From contig OZ245838.1 of assembly GCA_965228735.1 (NCBI GenBank), forward strand, positions 2,336,001 to 2,400,000: a DNA stretch of 64,000 nucleotides, in the 5' to 3' direction. Position numbers and translations under genes: made by a program. This DNA comes from Planctomycetota bacterium. Its GTDB lineage: Bacteria > Planctomycetota > UBA1135 > UBA2386. Every line of letters begins with the position of its first letter. The stretch's first letter is position 1. The notes beneath the pieces are model-generated. The model did no database searches, had not been told where the DNA came from, and worked only from the letters and a program-made list of their open reading frames with translations. Below, in pieces: positions 21,469 through 30,482 of this stretch.

Positions 21469-21903
21469 ATGCCGACCGCCAAGGGCAAACCCGCGGCCAG
21501 GACGGCCGCCGTCGCGTTCCTCTGGCTGCAGGCCGGGCTCATCGGCGGCTGGTGGGTCTGGCTGTGGCTGTCGCCCGATGCCCGCGCGTGGTTCGCGTTC
21601 CCGGACTGGCCGGGGGGCGTCGCGCTCGCGTTCTTCGTGCCCGACCTCGCGGTGCTCGGGCTCGGCGCCGCCGTCGTCGCGTTCGGCGTGCAGCGCGAGA
21701 CGCGCTGGGCGATGTACGCGTTCGGCGCTGTTCTCGGCAGCGCGATCTACGCCACGCTGTTCTGCGTCGGCGCCGCCGTGCTCGGTCACGGCAACACGCT
21801 CAGCCTCGCGCTCATGCTGCTGCTCTGCGTCGCCGACTGCGCCGCGTTCGCACTCGCGCGCCACCACCGCGTCGCGCGCAAACGAGCCACGGGAGCCGCG
21901 TAA
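21469..21903 (+). CDS. hypothetical membrane protein (about 4 TM)
   Basis: Hydrophobic ORF whose stop overlaps the next ATG (TAATG). Confidence 0.65.
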   Translation: MPTAKGKPAARTAAVAFLWLQAGLIGGWWVWLWLSPDARAWFAFPDWPGGVALAFFVPDLAVLGLGAAVVAFGVQRETRWAMYAFGAVLGSAIYATLFCVGAAVLGHGNTLSLALMLLLCVADCAAFALARHHRVARKRATGAA

Positions 21904-22514
21904 TGCGGGCGTTTCGCGTCGCGCGCGCGGGCTCGACCACGCGTCATGTGGGCCTCACGCTGCTGCAGACCGCGGTGATGTGGACCGTGTTCCTCCTTCT
22001 GCTGCCGCTGCTCATCCATGCCGGCGTAACCCGCGCGGCACTCGCGCCGACGCCGTTCCCGGGGCATCGCGAGCTGGGACTCGGCCTGCTCATCCTCATG
22101 AGCGCGCTCGGCCTCGGCACGGGCCTGCTCATGGCCGTGCGCGGCCGCGGCACGCCGCTGCCGCTCGCCACGGCGCGTGACCTCGTGATCGCCGGCGCGT
22201 ATCGATTCGTGCGCAACCCGATGGCGCTCGCCGGCATCGGCCAGGGCATCGCGGTCGGCCTGCTGCTCGCGGACTGGTGCGTCGTCGGCTACGCGCTCGG
22301 CGGCGCCGTCCTGTGGCACTGCGTCGCGCGCCCGCCCGAAGAACGCGACCTGGCAGCGCGGTTCGGCACCGCGTACGAACGCTATCGCGCGGCCGTGCCG
22401 CTGTGGCGTCCGCGGCTCACGCCCTACTCGCCGTCCGTCGACGATCCGATCGCCAACGCGGCTGCGGCGAGCTCGGGCCAGAGCGCACGGAAGTCACCGT
22501 CGAGTTCGGCGTAG
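21903..22514 (+). CDS. isoprenylcysteine carboxylmethyltransferase/PEMT-family membrane methyltransferase
   Basis: GRGTPLP, LVIAGAYRFVRNPM, EERDLAARFG.AYERYRAAVP. Confidence 0.85.
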   Translation: MRAFRVARAGSTTRHVGLTLLQTAVMWTVFLLLLPLLIHAGVTRAALAPTPFPGHRELGLGLLILMSALGLGTGLLMAVRGRGTPLPLATARDLVIAGAYRFVRNPMALAGIGQGIAVGLLLADWCVVGYALGGAVLWHCVARPPEERDLAARFGTAYERYRAAVPLWRPRLTPYSPSVDDPIANAAAASSGQSARKSPSSSA

Positions 22515-23014
22515 TGCTCGCGCAACAGCGCGCTGCCGTCGAGCAGCACGACCCGGCGCCGGCCGCGCCCGGCCATGCGGCGCAGGATCGCGTCGATGCC
22601 CGCGAGCTCGCCGTAGCTCGACAGCCAACCTTCAGTGCGCATGACCGGCAGGATCTGGCGCAGCCGCGGCGGCAGCAGCTCCGCGTGCTCGGCCAGTTGA
22701 TCGTGCACCTCGTCCACGAACGTGGTGAGCTCCCGACCGTCGCCGAGCACGTCCCAGTCGCGGGCCAGGAAGTGGTCGTAGAACACGTCGACGAGCACGC
22801 CCGCGAACCGATTGGGCCGCAACCGCCCGGCGCTGCGCTTCGTCACCGCGTGATCGTCCACGAAGCGATCGACGGCACGGTGCTGCTCGATGCCGAGGCG
22901 GATCTCGGGCCGCAGATCGGCGAGCTCGATGCCGCGCACGAAATCGCCGCAGAGGTTGCCGAGCCGCACCAGCGGAGCGGCCGGCGCGAGCCGCAGGTGC
23001 GCGAGCCAGTTCAT
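22424..23014 (-). CDS. acpH: ACP phosphodiesterase (AcpH/DUF479)
   Basis: MNWLAHL, GNLCGDFVRG, HRAVDRFVD, DVFYDHFLARDW. Confidence 0.88.
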   Translation of the reverse strand: MNWLAHLRLAPAAPLVRLGNLCGDFVRGIELADLRPEIRLGIEQHRAVDRFVDDHAVTKRSAGRLRPNRFAGVLVDVFYDHFLARDWDVLGDGRELTTFVDEVHDQLAEHAELLPPRLRQILPVMRTEGWLSSYGELAGIDAILRRMAGRGRRRVVLLDGSALLREHYAELDGDFRALWPELAAAALAIGSSTDGE

Positions 23015-23114
23015 CCAGCCGTCGATCGGACCGCGCGAACCGCCGCTTGGCAACGCGCGATCCGGGCACGGCGGTGTTCCTCGCCCTTGCCGCGGATAGA
23101 CTCCCCGCCCCGAA

Positions 23115-26100
23115 ATGAGCACCGAACTGCCCGATAAGTACGATCCCGGCACGCTCGAGCCCGCCGTGACCAAGGCCTGGCTCGACAAGAAGTCGTTCGC
23201 CGCGCACCCGGATGCGCGGAGCCAGCGCTACGTCGTCATGATGCCGCTGCCCAACGTCACGGGTGCGCTGCACATGGGTCACGCGATGGACAACGTCATG
23301 CAGGATCTGCTCGTGCGCTGGCACCGCATGCGCGGCGACAACACGCTGTGGCAGGCCGGCACCGACCACGCGGGCATCGCGACGCAGGCCGTGGTCGAGA
23401 AGCGCCTCAAGGAGATCGACGGCAAGACGCGGCACGACATCGGGCGCGAGGCGCTCGTCGAACGGATCCACGACTGGGCGGGCCAGAGCCAAGAGCGCAT
23501 CGTGCGCCAGCAGCAGGCCATGGGCACCTCGTGCGACTGGGACCGCGCGCGGTTCACGATGGACGACGTGTGCGCGCGCGCCGTGCGGCACACGTTCTTC
23601 CGGATGTTCAAGGACGGGCTGATCTTCCGCGGCAACCGGCTCGTGAACTGGGACTGCGCGCTGCAGACCGCCGTCGCCGACGACGAGCTCTACAAGGCCA
23701 CGGTCCACGGCAAGTTCTACTACCTGCGCTACCCCGTCGAGAATCGGCAGGGCGACGAGCCCGAGCACGTGATCGTGGCCACGACGCGGCCCGAGACCAT
23801 GCTCGGCGACACGGCCGTGGCGGTGCACAGCGACCCCGCCGCGGCGATGGCGGCGGCGATCCAGTCACAGCGTGAGAAGATCGCGGCCGCCTCGGACAAG
23901 GAACGACCCGCGGCCGAGAAGGAGCTCGAACGTCTCGAGGCCCGCCAGCGCGACGTGCTCCCCACCCTCGTCACGATCTGCGCGATGGCGAAGGCCGGCC
24001 GCACGATCCGCCTGCCGCTGATGGACCGGTCCATCCCGATCATCCTCGACGACTGGGCCGATCCGACGCTCGGCACGGGCTGCGTCAAGATCACGCCGGC
24101 CCACGACCCCAACGACTACGATGTGTGGCAACGCCACGAGGCGATCGGCGCGATCAACGTGCTCGCGACCGACGGCACGATCAGTGAGAAGGGCGGCAAG
24201 TACCGCGGCCAGGATCGCTTCGATGCGCGCAAGAACGTGATCGCCGACCTCGACGCGCAGGGTCTGCTCGAGAAGATCGAGGACCGCGAGATCGAGATCG
24301 ACCACAGCGACCGCAGCAAGACCATCGTCGAGCCGTACCTCTCCAAGCAGTGGTTCGTGCACATGGCCGACGTCGATGGCGGCATCGTGATGGGCCGCGG
24401 CACCGACAAGGAGTTCCGCGCCGCGGGCCTCGCGCAGGCGGCGCTCGACGCGACCGCGGGCACGCTGCCGCCGTTCGCCAACGGCACGCCGCGCGCCACC
24501 GTGCGCTTCCACCCCGACCAGGAGCGCTACCGCAAGATGTACGACGTGTGGCTCGGCGAGAAGCGCGACTGGTGCATCAGCCGGCAGCTCTGGTGGGGTC
24601 ACCGCATTCCCGTGTTCCGCGGCGAGATGGCGGCCGACAAGCTGCTGATGCTCAAGCCGATGCTCGGGCAGCACCTCGACCGCGACGACGTCGCCGCGTG
24701 GGTGCTGTTGCCGGACGGCAGCAAGCTGACGCCCAGTGAGGCGTTCGAGCACCTCGAAGGCCCGAACGCGCCGACCAGCGTGGAGGTGCAGGTCTGCTTC
24801 CTCGACGGCAAGCAGGACGAGGCCCTCGGCCCCGTGCTCGCGGGCGCCGGCCTCGAGCTCGACCCCGACGTGCTCGACACGTGGTTCAGTTCGGCGATCT
24901 GGCCGCACAGCACGCTCGGCTGGCCCGACCCGGAGACGGCCAGGGTCAACGAGGGGCAGACGCCGCTCGGCAAGAACGGCGAGCACCCCGACTCGCTGAG
25001 CTACTACTACCCGGGCTCCTGCCTCGTGACCGGCCGCGACATCATCACGCTGTGGGTCGTGCGCATGGTGATGTCGGGGCTCTACAACCTCGGCGACGTG
25101 CCGTTCACCGACGTCTTCCTGCACGCGACGATCCTCGACGGCAAGGGCGAGCGGATGTCGAAGAGCAAGGGCAACGGCATCGACCCGCTCGACATCATCG
25201 AGCGCTACGGCGCCGACGCGCTGCGCTACGTGATCTGCGAGCTGCAGACCGGCACGCAGGACATCCGCCTGCCGGTGCAGGCGATCTCGCCGTTCACCAA
25301 GGACGGCGAGGACGAACGCCTCGTCGACCTCGCCACCGCCAAGGCCGGCCCGTTCCTCGGCACGTTCCTCGATCCCGAGACCAACGAGCCGATGGATCTG
25401 ATCGGTCAGTACGGCACCGAAGGCATCACGCCCGCGCGCGCGACGAGCGAACGCTTCCAGGTCGGCTCGGCGTTCTGCAACAAGCTGTTCAACGCGGCCC
25501 GTTTCGCATTCCTCAATCTCGACGGCACGGGCTTCCGGCCCCTGCAGGCAAAGGACCTCGCGCTCGAGGACCGCTGGATCCTCGCGCGCCTGGCCCGCGC
25601 GATCCGCACCGTCGACGAGCAGCTCGAGGCCTACACGCCGTCCGCCGCGATCAGCGCCGTGCGCGACTTCTTCTGGAACGAGCTCTGCGACTGGTACCTC
25701 GAGATGATCAAGCCGCGCTTCCGGGACGGCGCCGATGCGAGCTCGACGGCGCCAGACTCCAAAGCAACGGCGCAGCAGGTCCTCGCGGCCGTGCTCGATC
25801 AGACGCTGCGGCTGCTGCACCCGTTCGTGCCGTTCCTCACCGAAACGCTGTGGACGCGCCTGCGGGAGCTCGCACCCGAGCGCGGCATCGCGAGTGCGTT
25901 CGCCGACAACCAGATGCTCGTGGATGCCCAGTGGCCGAGCGCAGACCCGACGTGGGATGACCCGGCGACCGAACAACGCATCGCAGCGATGCAGCAGTGG
26001 TGCGTCGCGATTCGCGAGGCCCGCGCCCGTTACCAGGTCGCCCCGCGCGAACGCATCGCCGCGCGCTTCCGCGCCGAGGGCGCCGTGGCCGAGACGCTGA

Positions 26101-26432
26101 CCGCAACGCAGGACCTGCTTGCGAACATGGCCGGCCTCAGCGAGACCACCATCGCCGCGGACGCCGAACGCACACCGGACGCCGCGACCGTCGTGCAGGG
26201 TGCCGCCAAGGCGTTCCTCCTCGGCGTGGTCGACCTCGAGGCCGAGCGCCAGAAGCTCGGCAAGGAGGCCGACAAGCTCCGCGGCCGCATCACGGGCATC
26301 GAGAAGAAGCTCGGCAACGAGAGCTTCACGGCCAAGGCCCCGGCGGCCGTGGTCGACCGCGAGCGCGCGAACCTGGCGAAGCTGCAGGAGCAGCTCGCGG
26401 GCGTGGAACAAAGCCTGAGCGAGCTCGACTGA
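23115..26432 (+). CDS. valS: valine--tRNA ligase
   Basis: PNVTGALHMGH, GTDHAGIATQ, TTRPETMLGD, GTGCVKITPAHD, DWCISRQLWWGH, DVLDTWFSS, RMSKSKGN, C-terminal coiled coil. Confidence 0.97.
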   Translation: MSTELPDKYDPGTLEPAVTKAWLDKKSFAAHPDARSQRYVVMMPLPNVTGALHMGHAMDNVMQDLLVRWHRMRGDNTLWQAGTDHAGIATQAVVEKRLKEIDGKTRHDIGREALVERIHDWAGQSQERIVRQQQAMGTSCDWDRARFTMDDVCARAVRHTFFRMFKDGLIFRGNRLVNWDCALQTAVADDELYKATVHGKFYYLRYPVENRQGDEPEHVIVATTRPETMLGDTAVAVHSDPAAAMAAAIQSQREKIAAASDKERPAAEKELERLEARQRDVLPTLVTICAMAKAGRTIRLPLMDRSIPIILDDWADPTLGTGCVKITPAHDPNDYDVWQRHEAIGAINVLATDGTISEKGGKYRGQDRFDARKNVIADLDAQGLLEKIEDREIEIDHSDRSKTIVEPYLSKQWFVHMADVDGGIVMGRGTDKEFRAAGLAQAALDATAGTLPPFANGTPRATVRFHPDQERYRKMYDVWLGEKRDWCISRQLWWGHRIPVFRGEMAADKLLMLKPMLGQHLDRDDVAAWVLLPDGSKLTPSEAFEHLEGPNAPTSVEVQVCFLDGKQDEALGPVLAGAGLELDPDVLDTWFSSAIWPHSTLGWPDPETARVNEGQTPLGKNGEHPDSLSYYYPGSCLVTGRDIITLWVVRMVMSGLYNLGDVPFTDVFLHATILDGKGERMSKSKGNGIDPLDIIERYGADALRYVICELQTGTQDIRLPVQAISPFTKDGEDERLVDLATAKAGPFLGTFLDPETNEPMDLIGQYGTEGITPARATSERFQVGSAFCNKLFNAARFAFLNLDGTGFRPLQAKDLALEDRWILARLARAIRTVDEQLEAYTPSAAISAVRDFFWNELCDWYLEMIKPRFRDGADASSTAPDSKATAQQVLAAVLDQTLRLLHPFVPFLTETLWTRLRELAPERGIASAFADNQMLVDAQWPSADPTWDDPATEQRIAAMQQWCVAIREARARYQVAPRERIAARFRAEGAVAETLTATQDLLANMAGLSETTIAADAERTPDAATVVQGAAKAFLLGVVDLEAERQKLGKEADKLRGRITGIEKKLGNESFTAKAPAAVVDRERANLAKLQEQLAGVEQSLSELD

Positions 26433-26516
26433 ACGGCACCGGGTCGCAGGTGGGCGCGACCCATTCCGTCCGAAGTTCCGGCGGGAGCACGAACGGCGCG
26501 GTTACGATCGCGGACG

Positions 26517-28178
26517 ATGTCGACGCGCACTCGCTCGCTCCTTCTCCTCACCGGTATCGCCGCCGTCGCAGCGCTTCCCGCCGCGCGCGCGCAGAGCGCG
26601 GAGCCTTCGACTCCGCACGCGACCCCCGCGGCAACGGCAAGCCCCGAACCGGCGCCCCAAGACCCGGAACCGGCAACGGTCCCGGAATCGAGCAACTATC
26701 AGCGCACGAGTTCCCTGGCGGATGTGCAGTTGTTCCTCGAACGTTGCCAGCAGCTGCCGCACGGCGACCGCCTCACGATCGTCACGGCCGGCCGCAGTCA
26801 CGAAGACCGTCCCCTGCTGCTCTGCAAGGTCGCGCTCGCCGAGCCGCGCACGCCGACGGGTCAACGACTGCGCGCGCTCGTGATCGGCAACATCCACGCC
26901 GGCGAAGTCGAGGGCAAGGAAGCCCTGCAGCAGCTCATCCGCGAGTTCGGCAGCGGCGACCACGAAGAACTGCTGCATCAGTGCGACGTCTGGCTGCTGC
27001 CGATCTACAACGTGGACGGCAACGAGAAGACGAACCCGCGCAACCGCCGACGCCAGAACGGCCCGAGCAACGTCGGCCAACGGCCCAACGCCCAGGGCCT
27101 CGATCTGAATCGCGATTTCGTCAAGGCCGAGGCACTCGAGACCCGGGCCCTGCTGAAGCTCTTCCGCGAGTTCGATCCGCACCTGTTCGTGGACCTACAC
27201 ACGACGAACGGCTCCTACCACGGCTACCACCTGACCTTCGCGCCCTGCCTCTCCCCGAACCAGGACGCCGGCCTGCAGCGACTCTCGCGCCGATTGCTCG
27301 ACGATGCAACAGCGACGCTGAAGCGCGATCACGACCTCGACATCTTCGACTACGGCAACTTCCAGACGACGGACTGGGACGGCGGCGGCGCCCCCGAATC
27401 CGAACGCAGCAAGCGCGGCTGGTACACCTACGACAGCCGTCCGCGCTACGGCGTCAACTACTACGGCCTGCGCAACCGCATCGCGATTCTCAGCGAGGCC
27501 TACAGCTACTGCGACTTCGAGACCCGTGTGCGCACGACGCGCGCGTTCGTCCTCGGTCTGCTCACCTCGCTCACCGAACGCCGCGTCGAGGTCCTCGGCG
27601 CGTGCCGCGGCGCCGACTTCGGCGCCCGCGCCGCGGCGCCGCAACGCTGGTTCGGCTACGACGCCCACTTCGCCGCCCCCGAGCCGCTCGACGTTCTCGT
27701 CGGCAACGTCGAACAACTCGACGACGGCCGCCGCGCCCGCACCGACGAAGTAAAGGCCGAGCGCATGCCCGTCTTCCGCTCGTTCCGAGCCCGCCAGCAA
27801 AGGAAGCTCCCCGACGCGTGGGTGATTCCGAACCCGACTCCCGAGACCATCGCCCTCCTCGAACGCCACGGCCTCGAATTCAAACGCCTCGACACCGCCC
27901 GCGAGATCCGCGCCGAACGCTTCGCCGTCACCAAGAAGCGCAAGCCGAAGCGCCCGTTCCAGGGTCACCAGGAGCTGGTACTCGAGGGCAAATGGGAACC
28001 ATCACGCCTGCACGACACGCCGGCAGGCAGCCTGCTCGTTCCCGCCCGGCAACGCCTCGCAATGCTCGCCGCGCAGTTGCTCGAGCCGACGAGTGATGAC
28101 GGGATGTCGAACTGGAACTACTTCGAGGCCGCCACCGACGACCACTACCCCGTCCTCCGGCTCTTCGCGAGGGACTGA
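26517..28178 (+). CDS. secreted M14-family zinc carboxypeptidase
   Basis: Signal peptide; NIHAGEVEG, NVDG, DLNRD, VDLHTTNG. Confidence 0.9.
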   Translation: MSTRTRSLLLLTGIAAVAALPAARAQSAEPSTPHATPAATASPEPAPQDPEPATVPESSNYQRTSSLADVQLFLERCQQLPHGDRLTIVTAGRSHEDRPLLLCKVALAEPRTPTGQRLRALVIGNIHAGEVEGKEALQQLIREFGSGDHEELLHQCDVWLLPIYNVDGNEKTNPRNRRRQNGPSNVGQRPNAQGLDLNRDFVKAEALETRALLKLFREFDPHLFVDLHTTNGSYHGYHLTFAPCLSPNQDAGLQRLSRRLLDDATATLKRDHDLDIFDYGNFQTTDWDGGGAPESERSKRGWYTYDSRPRYGVNYYGLRNRIAILSEAYSYCDFETRVRTTRAFVLGLLTSLTERRVEVLGACRGADFGARAAAPQRWFGYDAHFAAPEPLDVLVGNVEQLDDGRRARTDEVKAERMPVFRSFRARQQRKLPDAWVIPNPTPETIALLERHGLEFKRLDTAREIRAERFAVTKKRKPKRPFQGHQELVLEGKWEPSRLHDTPAGSLLVPARQRLAMLAAQLLEPTSDDGMSNWNYFEAATDDHYPVLRLFARD

Positions 28179-28410
28179 TGGCCAGAGTGTGGATCAGGCC
28201 AAATGCGCGAGACTGCCCAAGACTACCCGCGTAACTCTCTCGCGTAGAAGACCTTCGAAGTTCCCGTCAACCGCATCCCGCGAAACCACACCCAACCCAT
28301 CGGTCTGCCGCGGGCTCCTGCTGGCTCGAGTTTGGACATCGGCCACCGGCCCAGCACGGCGAAGATGCTGGCCGTTCGACTCGCCCGCACCCATTGCCCG
28401 CAGCTCCAGG

Positions 28411-29442
28411 TCAGTGCCAGCGGAACAGCCGGAGCGCCAGAACGAAGCAGACCACGCCGAACGCAATGAGCCCCGCGAGCGGCCAAACCACATCCGTGAT
28501 TCCCCCAGGCTCCAGGACGACATCGCGCAGCGCGTTCGTGAGATGAGTCAGCGGCATCAGGTCCGCCAACCAACGCATGATTCCGGAAAACCCCGCGTTG
28601 CTGAACAGCGCGCCGCCGAGCAGCCACATCGGCAGCTGGCACATCTGCATCAGTCCGGCGATGCCCTCGTAGGTCCGCGCGCGACTCGCACACAGCATGC
28701 CGAGCCCCGTGAACGCCAGTCCACCCGCCACGACAATCAACAGCGTTGCCAGCACGCTGCCTCGGAACGGCACGTCCCAAATCAGCCAGCCGAGACCGAG
28801 AATGACGAAACTCTCCGGAACGACCAGGACGCCGCGGCCGATCATGTAGCCGATGAGGAAGTCGCCGCGCCGCAGCGGCGTCACGAAGAGTCGCCGCAGC
28901 AGGTTTTGGGTGCGCATCATCACGAGGTTGAAGCCGATGCCCCACATGCACGCGCCCATCAGGTTGAGGCCGATCAACCCGGGCACGAGGAAGTCGATGT
29001 AGCGGGCCCCGGCTCGATCCTCCACGGCTGCCTCGATCACGATGCCAGGGCCGTCCCGGTGCCGGCGTAGCGCCCGTTCGAGAAGCAGTTGCGCCAGCCG
29101 CGATTCCTCGCGCGCAGGATCGGTCCGCACCGCGGGGGCATCGAGCGTGCCGCGCAAGAGCAGCGCCACCCGGCCGCGCACGAACGCACGATCGGCCGCG
29201 GCAGGTTCGAGCTCGAGAACGTCGAGCTGCTCACTCACACGCAGCGCTTCGACGAACGGCTCGCCGATCTCGCCGACGACCGCTGCGACCGGGACCGGCG
29301 CCGGCTCCCGCGGCTGGAACGCCAGACCGAGCCCGATCATCATCGCGATCGGAAACCCGTAGGTCCAAAAGATGGCCTCGGGAGAACGCCAGAACTCGCG
29401 GAACATCGCGATCGCGACAGCTCGAACGACGCGCAGGTTCAC
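28411..29442 (-). CDS. ABC-2 type transporter permease
   Basis: FREFWRSPEAIFW, RYIDFLVPGLIG, LRRLFVTPL, PLTHLTNALR. Confidence 0.92.
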   Translation of the reverse strand: MNLRVVRAVAIAMFREFWRSPEAIFWTYGFPIAMMIGLGLAFQPREPAPVPVAAVVGEIGEPFVEALRVSEQLDVLELEPAAADRAFVRGRVALLLRGTLDAPAVRTDPAREESRLAQLLLERALRRHRDGPGIVIEAAVEDRAGARYIDFLVPGLIGLNLMGACMWGIGFNLVMMRTQNLLRRLFVTPLRRGDFLIGYMIGRGVLVVPESFVILGLGWLIWDVPFRGSVLATLLIVVAGGLAFTGLGMLCASRARTYEGIAGLMQMCQLPMWLLGGALFSNAGFSGIMRWLADLMPLTHLTNALRDVVLEPGGITDVVWPLAGLIAFGVVCFVLALRLFRWH

Positions 29443-30482
29443 GAGTCACCGCCTTCGCGCAACTGGCGCCCGGTGAGGTGAACGAACACGTCTTCGAGAG
29501 TGGCGTGCCGCGTCGCGAGGCCGACGAGTGCTACACCCCGATCGTGGAGCAGACGTTCCATCGCGATCACTGCGGTATGCACGGAGTCGACGGTCAGAAC
29601 GCAGCGCGAAGGCTCGAACTCACAGCTCTGGACCCCTGGCAGCGCCAAGAGATCCGCCGCCGCGACCTGGTCGCCGAAGGCGTCGACCTGAGCCTCGACG
29701 AAGTGCTCCGCGCCAAGCGACCGAATGAGCTCCGCGGGTGAGCCGAGAGCGATGACCCGCCCCGCGTCGACGATCGCGACCCGATCGCACAGCTGCTCGG
29801 CTTCGTCCATGTAGTGCGTCGTCAGCACGGCCGTGCCGCCGCCGCGACGATACTCGCGGATCACCTCCCACAGCTGCCGACGAGACTGCGGGTCCAGGCC
29901 CGTGGTCGGCTCGTCGAGAAAGAGCAGGTCAGGCCGCCCGAGCAACGCGGTCGCCACCGCCAGCCGCTGACGCTGCCCGCCGGAGAGCCCCTTCGTCCGG
30001 GCGTCTGCCTTCTCCTCGAGCGACACGAGCGCAATCGCCTCGTCGACCGACCGACCGCCGGGAAAGATGGCGGAGAAGAGCTCGAGCACCTCGCGCACGG
30101 TCGCCTTCTCCTGGAACTTGCTCTCCTGCAGACAGACCCCGATCCGGCCACGAATCTCCTGATCACACCCACTTCGCCATTCCCGTCCGAGCACGCGAAC
30201 GGTCCCGGAATCGGGCACGGTCAAGCCTTCGCAGATCTCGACAGTCGTGGTCTTGCCCGCACCATTCGGTCCCAGAAGCCCGAACACCTCGCCGCGCTCG
30301 ACCAGAAGATCGAGGCCGTCGACGGCCACCGTCTCGTCGCGGCCCTTCTTGTAGGTCTTACGCAGCCGACCGAGCTCGATGGCCGGCTCCCGCGCCCCGG
30401 CTGGGCGCCCCGCACCGCCACCGTCAGCCGCACCAGCGACCTCCCCGACATCCACACGCAACCCATCAGCGCCGGAGTTCAT
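29439..30482 (-). CDS. ABC transporter ATP-binding protein
   Basis: Walker A GPNGAGKT, LSGGQ, LFLDEPTTGLD, TTHYMDEAE. The start is uncertain because of a low-complexity N-terminal extension. Confidence 0.93.
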   Translation of the reverse strand: MNSGADGLRVDVGEVAGAADGGGAGRPAGAREPAIELGRLRKTYKKGRDETVAVDGLDLLVERGEVFGLLGPNGAGKTTTVEICEGLTVPDSGTVRVLGREWRSGCDQEIRGRIGVCLQESKFQEKATVREVLELFSAIFPGGRSVDEAIALVSLEEKADARTKGLSGGQRQRLAVATALLGRPDLLFLDEPTTGLDPQSRRQLWEVIREYRRGGGTAVLTTHYMDEAEQLCDRVAIVDAGRVIALGSPAELIRSLGAEHFVEAQVDAFGDQVAAADLLALPGVQSCEFEPSRCVLTVDSVHTAVIAMERLLHDRGVALVGLATRHATLEDVFVHLTGRQLREGGDS

